Shown: positions 40,718-51,112, counted from the stretch's first letter. The stretch is DNA of 64,000 bases from an uncultured Acidobacteriota bacterium (GCA_964568735.1 CAZMRF010000001.1:283215-347214); one strand, 5' to 3'. Numbers and translations are program-made. The notes: generated by a model from the sequence alone, not told the origin.

Positions 40718-41835
40718 CGAGACCTCGCGCCTGCCAGCTCGTCATACAGCCGGCGGGTCGCCTCCACCATCTTCCGGGAGCTGAACTCGCGCTCGATCCG
40801 CTCCCGGCCCGCCCTCCCCATTCCGCGGCGCAGCGCGCCATCAAGGAGCAGCCCCTCGACCGCCGCGACGAGGGGCGCGATCTCTCCCGGCGGCACGAGC
40901 CTCCCCGTCGTGCCCTCGGCGACGACCTCCGCCGTGCCGCCGGCCCGGGTCGCCACGACGGGGAGCGACGCGGCCATCGCTTCCATGACCGCGTTCGGCA
41001 GTCCTTCAGTGTCCGAAGTCATGACGAAGAGGTCCATCGCGCCCAGGAGGGCGGCCACGTCGCTCCGAGCCCCCGCGAAGTGGATGCGATCCTCCATCCC
41101 CAGGGAGCGAACGCTCTCTTCGAGGCTGCGCCGCTCGGGCCCATCTCCCACGATGGCGAAGCGCACTCCGGGATGCCTGCCTGCGATCTCGGCCGCCATC
41201 GAAACGAAGAGGGCGAAGTTCTTCTCGCGCGAGAGCCGGCCCAGCGTTCCCACGAGCAACCCCTCCCGCCCGACGCCCGCCCGGCGCCGGAAGGCCTCGA
41301 GCTCGTCCGGAGGCGGCGGCGCGCCGGCATCCACGCCGTTCGGGATGACGCGGATCGCGGCCGCGGGTACTCCGTAGTAGGAGGCCGTGAAATCGCGGAC
41401 CGCGGTGGAGTTGGCGATGACGGCGTCGGCCCTCCGGAAGACCCAGGCGTGGAGGTGCCGCAGTATGCGACGCGGCATGGTCATGCTCGTCCGGGAGGAG
41501 ACGACGAGCGGTCCGGCACCGGCGAGCCGGCACGCCCCATAGGCGTAGGCGTTCGCGCCCACGAGGAAGGAATGCACGAGCGCGGGTTTCTCCGAGCGGA
41601 GGAAGCCTGCGAGGGCCCACATGCGGCCTGGTTCGCGGCTCCCCCGGCGGGGGAAGAGATGGACCCTCACACCGGCCCGGGTGAGCGCGGGCCCGTGGGG
41701 CTCGCTCACGCCCGAGAGGCAGGCCACGACCGGGACCCACGGGCTGCCGAGAAGGCCGAGGGCGAGCTGCACGAGCTGCCCCTCCGCGCCGCCCTGGTGG
41801 AGCTGACCGATGACCAGGACGACTTTGCCGCTCAC
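40714..41835 (-). CDS. Family 4 glycosyltransferase (GT4).
   Basis: GGAEGQLVQL N-terminal motif and EG.P..V.EAMA C-terminal motif. GTG start overlapping the upstream stop. Confidence 0.9.
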   Translation of the reverse strand: MSGKVVLVIGQLHQGGAEGQLVQLALGLLGSPWVPVVACLSGVSEPHGPALTRAGVRVHLFPRRGSREPGRMWALAGFLRSEKPALVHSFLVGANAYAYGACRLAGAGPLVVSSRTSMTMPRRILRHLHAWVFRRADAVIANSTAVRDFTASYYGVPAAAIRVIPNGVDAGAPPPPDELEAFRRRAGVGREGLLVGTLGRLSREKNFALFVSMAAEIAGRHPGVRFAIVGDGPERRSLEESVRSLGMEDRIHFAGARSDVAALLGAMDLFVMTSDTEGLPNAVMEAMAASLPVVATRAGGTAEVVAEGTTGRLVPPGEIAPLVAAVEGLLLDGALRRGMGRAGRERIEREFSSRKMVEATRRLYDELAGARSR

Positions 41836-43235
41836 GTTCGGGAGAGGCCCTCGGGGGCCTGGTCACGGTGGAGCCGGAGCAGCAGGAGCCCCAGGCCGAG
41901 CATCAGGAAGCCGCTGTACTCGAACTCGACGGCGCCCGAGAGGCCGAAGACGCAGAGGTTCACGAGGAAGCACTGCACGGCGACGTTGAACACGAGGAGG
42001 AAGGAGCCTTCCTCGCTCCGGGCCCTGAGATCCAGCTCCATTCTCCACAGCCCCCACCAGGTGGTCGCGAGGATCCCCAGGTAGAGGAGGAGTGAGGGCA
42101 GCCCCATCTGGGCCGCGAGGTCCACGTACATGTTGTGGGCGGGCATCGCCCGCCGGATATCCTGATCGTCGTAGCGCTCGAAGCTCCGGAGGTAGTTCCC
42201 GAGCCCCACGCCGAAGAAGGGGTTCTCCAGCGAGGCGTTCGCCCCGACCCTGGCGAGCTTGTAACGATCCACGTCCCGGATCTCGTCGATGCGCTTGAAC
42301 CGCTGGATGATGTTGGATCCCGCGAGAAGTCCGATGCCCAGCGACAGCACCAGCGCCACCGCCACGCGCCGCGTTCCTCTCGGGAGCTTGATGAACATGA
42401 AGCAGAGGACCACGAGGAGCGAGATGAACCCCGACCTCGAAAGCGTCGAGAGGATGACGGCCGCGTCGGTGATGGCCAGAGCGATCAGGAGGGCCTTCAG
42501 CCAGCGGCTTCGGACCCACTGCCAGGTGAAGACGGCCAGGATCAGCATCGTCGTGAGGTCGAAGGCGAGGTTGTTGGGGTTCTGGACGAGCGAGGAGGTC
42601 CTGAGCATCCGCTCCGAGATGACCACCTTTTCCGTGCCGAAGTAGCCGAGCCGCGTGGCCAGCGAGGCGGCCACGAGGCCTGCGTTGGAGAGCGCGAAGA
42701 GCCCCACGAGGCGCCTGAGGGATCGCTCGTCGGAGAGTATGTTCGTGACGAGGAGGAAGATCAGGACCCGCACGAGGACGAGGTTCCGGAGCGCCTCCAG
42801 GTTCGCCTCTTCCACGTGACCGCTGACGAGGAGCGATACCACGACCCACAAGGTGAGCGCCACGATCATCAGGTGCTGAGGCGAGCCGAGGAAGGGGCGC
42901 CGGCGCCCGACCGCCACCTGGAATGCGAAGGAAAGCGCCAGCACGCCCTCGAAGGCGATGGGGATGGAGATGGGCCCCAGCGTCGGAAGATCGGTGATGT
43001 GCGTCAGCCCGACGAGGGCGTTGATGATGAGCGCTGCCAGGCCCACCTCGGGCCAGAGGATCGTGGCGGCGGCGGCCACGGCGAGGACGAGCGCCACGGC
43101 CAGGACGGGCATCGAGACGCCGAGGAGGACCATCGGCGCGAAGATGAAGAGGGAGGCGCCCGCGACGATGGAGGCCGCGGCGAACTTCCGCTGGGCTCCC
43201 GGCCCGGCCAGGGCGCCGGCCGTGAGGCCCATCAT
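41832..43235 (-). CDS. O-antigen ligase-family membrane protein, a likely Wzy-type polysaccharide polymerase.
   Basis: About 10-12 TM helices. Wzy_C-like periplasmic loop. Position in a Wzx/Wzy locus. Confidence 0.75.
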   Translation of the reverse strand: MMGLTAGALAGPGAQRKFAAASIVAGASLFIFAPMVLLGVSMPVLAVALVLAVAAAATILWPEVGLAALIINALVGLTHITDLPTLGPISIPIAFEGVLALSFAFQVAVGRRRPFLGSPQHLMIVALTLWVVVSLLVSGHVEEANLEALRNLVLVRVLIFLLVTNILSDERSLRRLVGLFALSNAGLVAASLATRLGYFGTEKVVISERMLRTSSLVQNPNNLAFDLTTMLILAVFTWQWVRSRWLKALLIALAITDAAVILSTLSRSGFISLLVVLCFMFIKLPRGTRRVAVALVLSLGIGLLAGSNIIQRFKRIDEIRDVDRYKLARVGANASLENPFFGVGLGNYLRSFERYDDQDIRRAMPAHNMYVDLAAQMGLPSLLLYLGILATTWWGLWRMELDLRARSEEGSFLLVFNVAVQCFLVNLCVFGLSGAVEFEYSGFLMLGLGLLLLRLHRDQAPEGLSRT

Positions 43236-44341
43236 GCGGCCTCCGCCAGGACCTCGGCGTAGAGATCCTGGTGCGCGCGCGCCATCGGCTCGACCCCATG
43301 GCGCCGCTCGAAGAGCTCGCGCCCCTTCCTCCCGAAGGCCTGGCGGAGGGGCGGGCTGCCCAGGAGCTTGCCGATCTTCTCGGACATCAAGGCAGGATCC
43401 CGCGCCGGCACGAGGAAACCCGTGGCTCCCGCTTCGACGATCTCGGGTGTGCCTCCCACCGCCGTGGCCACCTGGGGAACTCCCGCCGCCATCGCCTCGA
43501 GGATGACGTTCGGCATGCCTTCCTCGAGCGAGGGAAGGACGAGGAGATCGGCGGCGGCGATGAGGGCCCTCGCGTCCTCGCGCCTTCCGGCCAGACGAAT
43601 CCGCGGCGCGATCCCGAGCTCCCGCGCCCGGCTCTCGATCCTCCTCCGCTCCGCACCCTCCCCGACCAGGAGAAGCCCGGCGCGGGGAAAGCTGAGGAGC
43701 ACCTCCGCGAAGGACTCCAGCAGGTAGCGATGCCCCTTCTTGGGCGAGAGCGAGGCGACACAGACGAGCCGCGGATCCGATCCCTCCGGCCAGAGCTCCA
43801 GGCCGGCGCGGCCGAGGCCGTCATGAGGCCTGAGGCCGTTCGGGATGATCCGCGTCCTGTCGAGCGCGAGGCGCTCGCGCGCGGCGACGCGATCGCGGAC
43901 GTGCCGGGAGTTGAACGTCACGCGGGCAGCCCCCGAGTGAGCCCAGCGGCTCGCAAGGACCTCGTGAGGCTTCTTCCACAGCTCCAGGTTGCGCACCGAG
44001 GTCAGGTAGGGCACGCCCGCGAGCCGCGCCGCCACGGCGGCCGCGAGGTTCCCCTGGAAGAGGAAGCCGTGGACGATCCTGACCCCTTCCCGCCGGATCG
44101 TGCCCGCAAGCCGGCCCAGGGCACGGAAGGTGGCGGGTCTGAGCGCCCCTTTCAGGTCCAGATCCAGGACGGGCACCTCCAGCGATCGGAGGCTCCTCCC
44201 CAGGGCCGGCTCCAGGCTCAGGGTGGCGAGCATGGGCTTCACTCGCGTCCGGTCCAGGGCCCCCAGAAGCTCGAGGACCTGGGTCTGGGTGCCTCCGTGG
44301 CCGTTGAAGTCACAGACGATGAGGAGGGGTGAGGGCGTCAT
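43232..44341 (-). CDS. Family 4 glycosyltransferase (GT4).
   Basis: EEGMPNVILEAMAAGVPQVAT motif. Start taken as ATG 44341. A TTG at 44356 is the alternative. Confidence 0.85.
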   Translation of the reverse strand: MTPSPLLIVCDFNGHGGTQTQVLELLGALDRTRVKPMLATLSLEPALGRSLRSLEVPVLDLDLKGALRPATFRALGRLAGTIRREGVRIVHGFLFQGNLAAAVAARLAGVPYLTSVRNLELWKKPHEVLASRWAHSGAARVTFNSRHVRDRVAARERLALDRTRIIPNGLRPHDGLGRAGLELWPEGSDPRLVCVASLSPKKGHRYLLESFAEVLLSFPRAGLLLVGEGAERRRIESRARELGIAPRIRLAGRREDARALIAAADLLVLPSLEEGMPNVILEAMAAGVPQVATAVGGTPEIVEAGATGFLVPARDPALMSEKIGKLLGSPPLRQAFGRKGRELFERRHGVEPMARAHQDLYAEVLAEAA

Positions 44342-44550
44342 CACCGGCACGCACAATGAGGGGCGAGCCGCATAACCCCAGCAAGGTATATCGGATAGAC
44401 GCGCGCGGCAACGGTGGGAGGCTCGGTGTAAGGGGAGTCCTCACAGTCCGGGGCTGACGATTCTCTCGTGAACGATCCACACCACCAGCCACCCGCGAAG
44501 CCAAGCAACCCTGATGACCTACTCCCTCCTGGTTCGGGAGCAGGCTTTCG

Positions 44551-45705
44551 TCAAAGCCACTCCTCGATGCGGTCGAAAAACTTCTTGTAGGGCATGATCG
44601 TCACGTCACCCAGCCGGTACTCTTCAGGCGCCTGCGTCACGACCACGCGCGGGACCCTCGGATGGGCTTCGCCGAAGGATCGGAGCCCGCTCAGGTCAGC
44701 GCCAGAAACGCGCTTCGCAGCCTTGATCTCTATCGCCACGAGGAGCTGGCCGTGCTTCTCCACAAGGAGGTCCACCTCCGCGCCCATGTGCGTTCGCCAG
44801 TAGAACAGGCGCGCCTCGCTCCGCGCATAGTCGATGGCGCGACCGACCTCCAGCACGATCCACTGCTCGAAGAGACGCCCCTCGAGTACTGGATCCGGCC
44901 TGGCGGTCAGCCGGCGGTTGAGCCCATTCGTGACTCCCGTGTCGAAGAGATAGAAGCGGGGGTGCCCCACGAGGCGGGCGCGCGGGCTCTTCCGCCACGG
45001 ATCGAGCCGATAGCCGATCAGAGTGTCCTCGAGGATCTGGTAGTACTCCTGGACGGTGCGTGTGGCGAGTGAAGCGTCGCGGCCCACTGCGCTGTAGTTC
45101 AAGATCCCCCCCGACTGCGCCGCAGCAATCTCCAAGAACCGTGCGAAGCCCCCCAGGTTCCTCACCAGCGCTTCGGCTTGGATCTCCTCCCGGAGGTAGG
45201 TTTCTGAGTAGCTGCGCAGCAACTCCACCCCTTCCGTCTCGTCGTTCGTCACGACTGCGGGGAGACTGCCCAGGCGCAGCGTCCGGTGAAGGTCGAAGAG
45301 ATCGCCTTGTTCCTGAACTGTCAGGGGATGCAACCGGAGCATGGCCGCTCGACCGGCCAGGAGGTTCGTACCCCGCCGCTTGAGCTTGCGTGCGCTCGAC
45401 CCGGTCAGGATGAATCGGACCCGGTGACGCTCGATGAGTCCGTGAACCTCGTCGAGGAGATCGGGAACCTTCTGGACCTCGTCCACGAAAACGGTGCGCG
45501 CCCCTCGACGGATCCTCGCCTCGGCTTCGAGCCGGAAGAGGGAGGGATCCTTCGAGTACCGGAGGAAGGTGTCGTGGTGGAGGAGGTCGACCTGCCAGGA
45601 TCCAGGAGAGAGGACGGAGCGGACGAGCGTGCTCTTCCCCGTCATTCTCGGACCGAAGAGGAGACAGGAGCGCCGCTCGGGCAGCTTGAGAGACCTCTTA
45701 AGCAT
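44551..45705 (-). CDS. AAA+ ATPase with a DUF4143 C-terminal domain.
   Basis: Walker A GPRMTGKST and Walker B VFVDEV. GC is lower than in the surrounding genes. Its orientation and composition suggest an insertion within the EPS locus. Confidence 0.8.
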   Translation of the reverse strand: MLKRSLKLPERRSCLLFGPRMTGKSTLVRSVLSPGSWQVDLLHHDTFLRYSKDPSLFRLEAEARIRRGARTVFVDEVQKVPDLLDEVHGLIERHRVRFILTGSSARKLKRRGTNLLAGRAAMLRLHPLTVQEQGDLFDLHRTLRLGSLPAVVTNDETEGVELLRSYSETYLREEIQAEALVRNLGGFARFLEIAAAQSGGILNYSAVGRDASLATRTVQEYYQILEDTLIGYRLDPWRKSPRARLVGHPRFYLFDTGVTNGLNRRLTARPDPVLEGRLFEQWIVLEVGRAIDYARSEARLFYWRTHMGAEVDLLVEKHGQLLVAIEIKAAKRVSGADLSGLRSFGEAHPRVPRVVVTQAPEEYRLGDVTIMPYKKFFDRIEEWL

Positions 45706-45797
45706 GCTGCAAGAATGTACTACGTTTCGGCAGCTATGTAAAGCAATGCAGCCTGTGCGCGCTCGAACGAAGTCCTCGCTCCACGCGCAGGGCTAGA

Positions 45798-46949
45798 ATG
45801 GCGTGGATGCGCGTCACGCTGGTGAACCGCCTCGCAGGGATCCAGAGAGGCGGCGGGGAGATCTACGACATCTCGCTGGCCTCGGCCCTGCAGCGAGGGG
45901 GGACGCACGTTGAGATCGTGACGGGCCGTCCGCTCCTTCGCGATCCTCTGCCCCCGCCCGGCGGGGTTCCCACGCGCTTCGTGCGCACGCCCTACCTCCG
46001 CGCCTGGTCCCACCGGATGGGACGCGCCGGCTGGAGGCTCTCCGACATCGACCTCGGGCTCTTCGAGCGGGCCGCGGAGCGGCTCGTGGCCCGATCCCGC
46101 CCCGCGCCCGATCTCGTCCAGGTGACAGGCCTTCCTGATCTCGCACGGCGTCTCGAACGCCGCGGAGGGCCTCACGTCGTGCTGCTCTTCCCCGGGCCGC
46201 CCTCTCTCCGGAACCGCGAGGCCATTCTCGCCTGCGCCACGGTCGTCGGCGTGGGAGCCGTCACCCCCTACCTGCGCGAGCACTTCCCCCGGATCATCCA
46301 CGACATGACGGCGGGGGTGGACTCTTCGCACTTCAAGCCCGGAGTCCCTTCCGCGCGGGAGGGGCTCGGCCTGCCTGCCGGCTCACCGGTCGTTCTCTAT
46401 GCGGGAAGGCTGGTGCCTCTCAAGAACATCCCCCTCCTCGTGGAGATCTTCGCGGCCATCCGGAAGAAGATCCCCGAGGCGAGGCTCCTCGTCGCCGGCG
46501 ACGGTCCCCTCCGTGGAGAGCTGATCTCGCGCGCGGCCCGCTCGGGCCTCTCCTGCGCCGCGGCGCCTTCCCGGGCAGACGTGGTCCTGGCGGGAGATCT
46601 CCCGCACGAGGCGATGCCCGGCGTCTACGCCGCCGCCGACATTCTCCTTCTCGCGAGCGTCAACGAGTCCTTCTCGCTCGCGGCGCTCGAGGCGATGGCC
46701 TGCGCCCTCCCCGTCGTGGCCCCGCGCGTCGGCTACCTCCCGCGCCTCGTCGAGGACGGCGTCACCGGCCACCTCTACGCCCCGGGCGATGTCCAGGAGG
46801 GGGCCCGCTGTGCCGCGGCCCTCCTGGCCGACTCGGGGGCCCGCTGGCGCGCTGGAAGCGCGGCACGCGAGGGAGCGCTGGCGCGCCACTCGTGGGACGC
46901 CGTGGCGGCCGACTTCTCGCGGCTCTACCGGGATCTCCTCGCCGCATGA
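45798..46949 (+). CDS. Family 4 glycosyltransferase (GT4).
   Basis: GT4 fold with EAMACALPVVAPRVG motif. Confidence 0.85.
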   Translation: MAWMRVTLVNRLAGIQRGGGEIYDISLASALQRGGTHVEIVTGRPLLRDPLPPPGGVPTRFVRTPYLRAWSHRMGRAGWRLSDIDLGLFERAAERLVARSRPAPDLVQVTGLPDLARRLERRGGPHVVLLFPGPPSLRNREAILACATVVGVGAVTPYLREHFPRIIHDMTAGVDSSHFKPGVPSAREGLGLPAGSPVVLYAGRLVPLKNIPLLVEIFAAIRKKIPEARLLVAGDGPLRGELISRAARSGLSCAAAPSRADVVLAGDLPHEAMPGVYAAADILLLASVNESFSLAALEAMACALPVVAPRVGYLPRLVEDGVTGHLYAPGDVQEGARCAAALLADSGARWRAGSAAREGALARHSWDAVAADFSRLYRDLLAA

Positions 46950-48520
46950 AAGGCTCGCCTCGATCCGGGGCCGGTCGCGACGTCGCGGCCGGTGTCGCCC
47001 AGCTCCTTTCGTCGAGGATCGCCGTCGCGGCCATGGCGATGATCTTCGTCGCCATCAGCACGCGCCTCCTCACGCTTCGCGAGATGGCGGTCTTCGCCCT
47101 CTACAACTCCATGTGCGCCCTGCAGGCGGTCCTCTGCTCGATGGGCCTCCTGACGACCTGCGCCCGGGAGCTGCCGGCTCTCATGGGCAAGGGGGACACC
47201 GACGGGGCGGCGCGCCTGCTGCGCACCTCGATGGCCGTCAACGCGGTCGTGTCGGCCGCCTTCGCCTCGATCCTCGCCGCGGCGGCGGGGCCGCTCGCCC
47301 GCTGGTTCCTCGAGGATCCGGGCTACGCGCCGGCCCTGAGATGGGCCGCGCTCGCCGTCTTCATCTGGAACCTCCACGAGGCCAACCAGATCTTCCTCGT
47401 GGCCCTGCAGCGTTTCGGCCCGTGGGCGCGCGTGACCGTGACCTGCGCCGTGGCGCAGCGGGCGCTCTCCCTCACGCTCTTCCTCCTGCTCTCCCCCGCG
47501 GGCTACGGGCTCGTGGGCTACATGGCCGGCTTCGCGGCGGGATCGCTCGCAGGCTTCCTCAGGGGCTTCGGATCCCTGCGCGACCTCGCGGGCCGGACGA
47601 AGGACTTCGCCCCGGCGGCACCCTTGATCAGGTACTCGCTGCCCTTCTACGCGGACGGCTACCTGCGCTATCTCTACATGCAGGCGGACCAGCTCGTCGT
47701 CGCGCTCTTCCTGACGCCCGAGGCGCTCTCGCTCTACTTCGTGGCCCGGCGCTTCATCCAGTACTACCAGCAGATCGTCTCCTCGACGATCGATCCCCTC
47801 CTCGCCAAGGTGGGAGAGATGCGCTCGCGCGGACGCGAAGCGCTCGAACGCTCGCTTCGCTCGGCCTCGAGGTATTTCGGCCTGGTCTTCCTCCCCCTGG
47901 CCGCGGGATCCGCGGCCATGAGCGCCTTCCTTCTCGACCTGGCGGGCGGCAGTCGCTACCGCGAGGCGGCCCCGGTCCTCGCGCTGCTATCTATCTCCGT
48001 AGCCGTCTACGCAGCCTTCAATCTCGTGACCGGCTACGTCTACATGCTGGGAGTGCCGGCCGATCGCCTCCGCCACAACACGGTCACGGGCCTCGCGCAG
48101 CTCGCCCTCATGGCCGGCGTCCTCGGCGTGGCGGTGCAGGCGGGAGCCCCTCCCCTCCTCGCCGCCGCCGCGATCGCCCTGGCCCGCTCCCTCGCGCTTC
48201 TGGCAGGACTCGTCTACGCGCATGGGCAATTGAAGCGCTACATCACGCCGGCCTACGCCCTCGAGGCGCTCCCGCGCGCCCTCGCAGCGTCGATGGCGCT
48301 CCTCATCGTAGCGGGCCTCCCGCAGCTCCTGGGCTACCACCCGGGGCTCGCGATCCTGTGCGGCCTCGCAGGGACCATTCTCTTCGTGGCGCTCATCCGT
48401 CCGGCGATACGCTCCGAGGATCTCGATCTCCTATCGTCGCTCCTCCACGGCCGCGCCCGCCCCCTCGAGAGCGCGATCCGTCGCCTCTTCGGCCACCCAC
48501 GCCGCGTCGAACGGACCTGA
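46946..48520 (+). CDS. Polysaccharide flippase (Wzx / MOP-superfamily oligosaccharide flippase).
   Basis: About 14 TM helices. ATGA overlap with the upstream GT4 gene. It is the final gene of the EPS locus. Confidence 0.8.
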   Translation: MKGSPRSGAGRDVAAGVAQLLSSRIAVAAMAMIFVAISTRLLTLREMAVFALYNSMCALQAVLCSMGLLTTCARELPALMGKGDTDGAARLLRTSMAVNAVVSAAFASILAAAAGPLARWFLEDPGYAPALRWAALAVFIWNLHEANQIFLVALQRFGPWARVTVTCAVAQRALSLTLFLLLSPAGYGLVGYMAGFAAGSLAGFLRGFGSLRDLAGRTKDFAPAAPLIRYSLPFYADGYLRYLYMQADQLVVALFLTPEALSLYFVARRFIQYYQQIVSSTIDPLLAKVGEMRSRGREALERSLRSASRYFGLVFLPLAAGSAAMSAFLLDLAGGSRYREAAPVLALLSISVAVYAAFNLVTGYVYMLGVPADRLRHNTVTGLAQLALMAGVLGVAVQAGAPPLLAAAAIALARSLALLAGLVYAHGQLKRYITPAYALEALPRALAASMALLIVAGLPQLLGYHPGLAILCGLAGTILFVALIRPAIRSEDLDLLSSLLHGRARPLESAIRRLFGHPRRVERT

Positions 48521-48776
48521 GTCCCACACTCACGCACTCGCGCCGCCCGCCGCTTGGGGCGTGCGTCAGAATCCACCGGTTCCCGGAGGCGATGCCGAAA
48601 TGTCAATCGGCTGCGGCTCCGGAATTGAAACCTCGACCTTTGTCTGGCGCTCCCAACCGACGGGGCCGGGTCGGGATGATCTTCAGGGACGAAACGTCCG
48701 CGAGATTCTCGCCCTGAGCGTATCGGATAGCCTCGCCCAAGGCAGGGCTGGCGTGTCCTATCGCAAGTCAGCGGTA

Positions 48777-48782
48777 ACGTGA
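48777..48782. repeat. Left target-site duplication of the IS21 element ((A)ACGTGA).
   Basis: Identical (A)ACGTGA abuts both IS ends, at 48776-48782 and 54689/54690-54695. Confidence 0.7.
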
Positions 48783-48840
48783 TGTTAGCGAACACCCAAA
48801 TGCGGCCAGTGGGGAACACCTGAAAACCGGCCACTTCGAG
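48783..48840. repeat. IS21 left terminal inverted repeat (multi-repeat).
   Basis: Matches the reverse complement of 54633-54689 with a few mismatches. Confidence 0.75.
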
Positions 48841-48881
48841 TAGCGGCTTTCGGGCATCCTCCTCCGTTTCGACGGAGGGGG

Positions 48882-50348
48882 GTGACGGTGCCGAACTACT
48901 TGAAGATCCATAAGCGGCAACAAGTTATCGCGCTGCTGGAGCTGGGCTGGACGTACCGGCGGATCGAGGCCGAGACGGGAGTACGCCGCGAGAAGGTGTC
49001 GCGGTACGACCGGCAGCGGCGTTCAAATGCGGCCAAAGTGTTCCCCGGCTCGGCTCTGCCTGAGCGCTGCGCGGCGGCGGCGTACCGCGAAGCGATCATC
49101 GAGAAGCGCGACTGTGGGCTGAGCAGCCAGCGGATCTGGCAGGACCTGGTTGAAGAGTACGGCTACGGCCACAGCTACGAGTCGATCAAGCGCTTCATCC
49201 GTGGACTTCCGGGGTCGATCCGTCCCGCCGGCGTGATCCACGCAGGGCCCGGGGAGGAGGCCCAGGTGGACTTCTTCCAGGGCGCCCCCACGCTCGATTC
49301 GGACACGGGCCAGTGGCGCCGCCCGTGGGTGTTCCGCATGACGCTGGCCCACTCGCGGCACGGCTACGAAGAGGCCGAGTGGGACCAGAAGCTCGGGACC
49401 TTCCTGGGCCTTCACGAGAACGCCTTCCGCGACTTCGGGGGAGTTCCGGGCGTCATCCGCCACGACAACCTCAAGGCGGCCGTGGTGCGGGCCTGCCTGT
49501 ACGACCCGGACGTCAACGAGGTCTACCTCGCCTTCGCCCGTCACTGGGGCTTCACCCCACTTCCGACCCGTCCCCGCAACCCGAAGGAGAACGGCAAGCA
49601 GGAGCGAAGCGGCGGCTACGTCAAGGACAACGCGTTGAAGGGGCGGCGCTTCAACAGCCTCGCCGAGCACAACGAACACCTGCGGCACTGGAACCGCACG
49701 ATCGCGCGGCTGCGCATCCACGGCACGACGCGCCGGCAGGTGTTCGCTCACTTCCTGGAGAGCGACAGGCCGGCGCTCTCGGCGCTGCCGGCTGAGAGGT
49801 TCGAGTTCTTCGAGTCCGGCACCAGGAGCGTTCACCCCGACGGGCACGTCGAGATCCGCGGCGCGTTCTACCCGGTGCCCGCGCACCTGCTGGGCAGGCC
49901 CGTGCGGGTTCGCTGGGACCGAAGACTCGTCCGGGTCTACGACGCCGAGGTCCAGGTCGCCGTTCACACCCGCGTCCCCGCGGGGCAGTACGCCCCCAGG
50001 AGCGGTGCTCCGGCGGCGGAGACGTCCTCTCAGAAAGCCTGGCTGGAGCGCCTGCTCGGCCGCTGCGGGCAGGTCGGCTCCGAGCTACGGCAGTGGGCCG
50101 AGGCCGCCCACGCCGAGCGCGGGGTCCGGGCGATGCGCCTGATCCAGGGGGCCCTCGCGCTGACCCGCAAGCATCCCCGGGAGCGCGTGCTGCGGGCGGC
50201 GCGGCTGGCCCTCGAGCATCGCCAGTTCCGCTTCAAGGCGCTGCGGCGTCTCGCTGAGCAGGCCCCCGTCCCCGTTCAACGCTCTCTGCTCGAAGAGCAT
50301 CCGTCGATCCGTCCCATGACGCAGTACTCACTCAAGGAGCTTCTATGA
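48882..50348 (+). CDS. istA: IS21-family transposase IstA.
   Basis: N-terminal HTH and DDE integrase core. The length and 4-bp overlap with istB are typical for IS21. Confidence 0.9.
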   Translation: MTVPNYLKIHKRQQVIALLELGWTYRRIEAETGVRREKVSRYDRQRRSNAAKVFPGSALPERCAAAAYREAIIEKRDCGLSSQRIWQDLVEEYGYGHSYESIKRFIRGLPGSIRPAGVIHAGPGEEAQVDFFQGAPTLDSDTGQWRRPWVFRMTLAHSRHGYEEAEWDQKLGTFLGLHENAFRDFGGVPGVIRHDNLKAAVVRACLYDPDVNEVYLAFARHWGFTPLPTRPRNPKENGKQERSGGYVKDNALKGRRFNSLAEHNEHLRHWNRTIARLRIHGTTRRQVFAHFLESDRPALSALPAERFEFFESGTRSVHPDGHVEIRGAFYPVPAHLLGRPVRVRWDRRLVRVYDAEVQVAVHTRVPAGQYAPRSGAPAAETSSQKAWLERLLGRCGQVGSELRQWAEAAHAERGVRAMRLIQGALALTRKHPRERVLRAARLALEHRQFRFKALRRLAEQAPVPVQRSLLEEHPSIRPMTQYSLKELL

Positions 50349-51112
50349 ACCCACAACTGGCGACCCAGCTACGGCACCTGCGCCTGAGCGGGATGGTCGA
50401 GGCGCTGAGCGTGCGCCTCGAGCAGGCCCGAAGCGCCCCCCTCGATCATCTCGAGTTCCTGGAGCTTCTCGTCGGCGACGAGTTGAGCCGCCGCGCGGAC
50501 CGTCTGTTCGCCCGCCGCCTCAAGCAGGCCGGCATCGTCCAGGTCAAGGAGCTCTCGGAGTTCGACTTCACGTTCAACCCGAAGATCCCACGCGCCAAGC
50601 TCGTCGAGCTCGCCACCGCCCGCTTCGTCGCCACCCACCAGGGCGTGCTCCTGATCGGCCCGCCCGGCATCGGCAAGACGCACGCCGCCGTGGCGATCGC
50701 CGTCGGCGCGATCCGCGCCGGCTACCAGGCCAGGGTCCGAAGCGCCTTCGACCTCGCCCAGGACTTCCTCGAGGCCGAGGCCGCCGGCGAGAGGCGCGCT
50801 CTGGTCGAAAAGCTCACCCGCGTGAACCTCCTCGTGCTGGAGGACTTCGGCATGAAGAAGCTCGGAGGAAGCGCCGCCGAGGACATGCTGGAGATCTTCG
50901 TCCGCCGCCACGAGAGCGCCTCCACCCTCATCACCACCAATCGCCCCACGGAGGACTGGGGCCAGTTCCTCGGTGACGTCCCCGCGGCCACCGCGATCCT
51001 CGATCGGTTCCTCGCCCACGCCGAGCTCATCCAGATGCAGGGCAAGAGCTACCGGCTCCACCAGCGGGCCCGCCGGAGCGGACAGGGCGCTGAGGCGAGA
51101 CCGTCGGCATGA
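50345..51112 (+). CDS. istB: IS21-family helper ATPase IstB.
   Basis: Walker A LLIGPPGIGKTHAAVAIA. Walker B LLVLEDFG. DnaC-like. Confidence 0.9.
   Translation: MNPQLATQLRHLRLSGMVEALSVRLEQARSAPLDHLEFLELLVGDELSRRADRLFARRLKQAGIVQVKELSEFDFTFNPKIPRAKLVELATARFVATHQGVLLIGPPGIGKTHAAVAIAVGAIRAGYQARVRSAFDLAQDFLEAEAAGERRALVEKLTRVNLLVLEDFGMKKLGGSAAEDMLEIFVRRHESASTLITTNRPTEDWGQFLGDVPAATAILDRFLAHAELIQMQGKSYRLHQRARRSGQGAEARPSA

Noticed and set aside
48590-48700. tRNA-like or structured-RNA look of the region just before the IS21 left end (ggttgggagcgccagacaaaggtcgaggtttcaattcc).
   Set aside because: No consistent cloverleaf could be drawn: no T-arm pairing and no acceptor stem. It only forms simple hairpins (cggagg...ctccg), so it was treated as intergenic sequence or a possible terminator of wzx.
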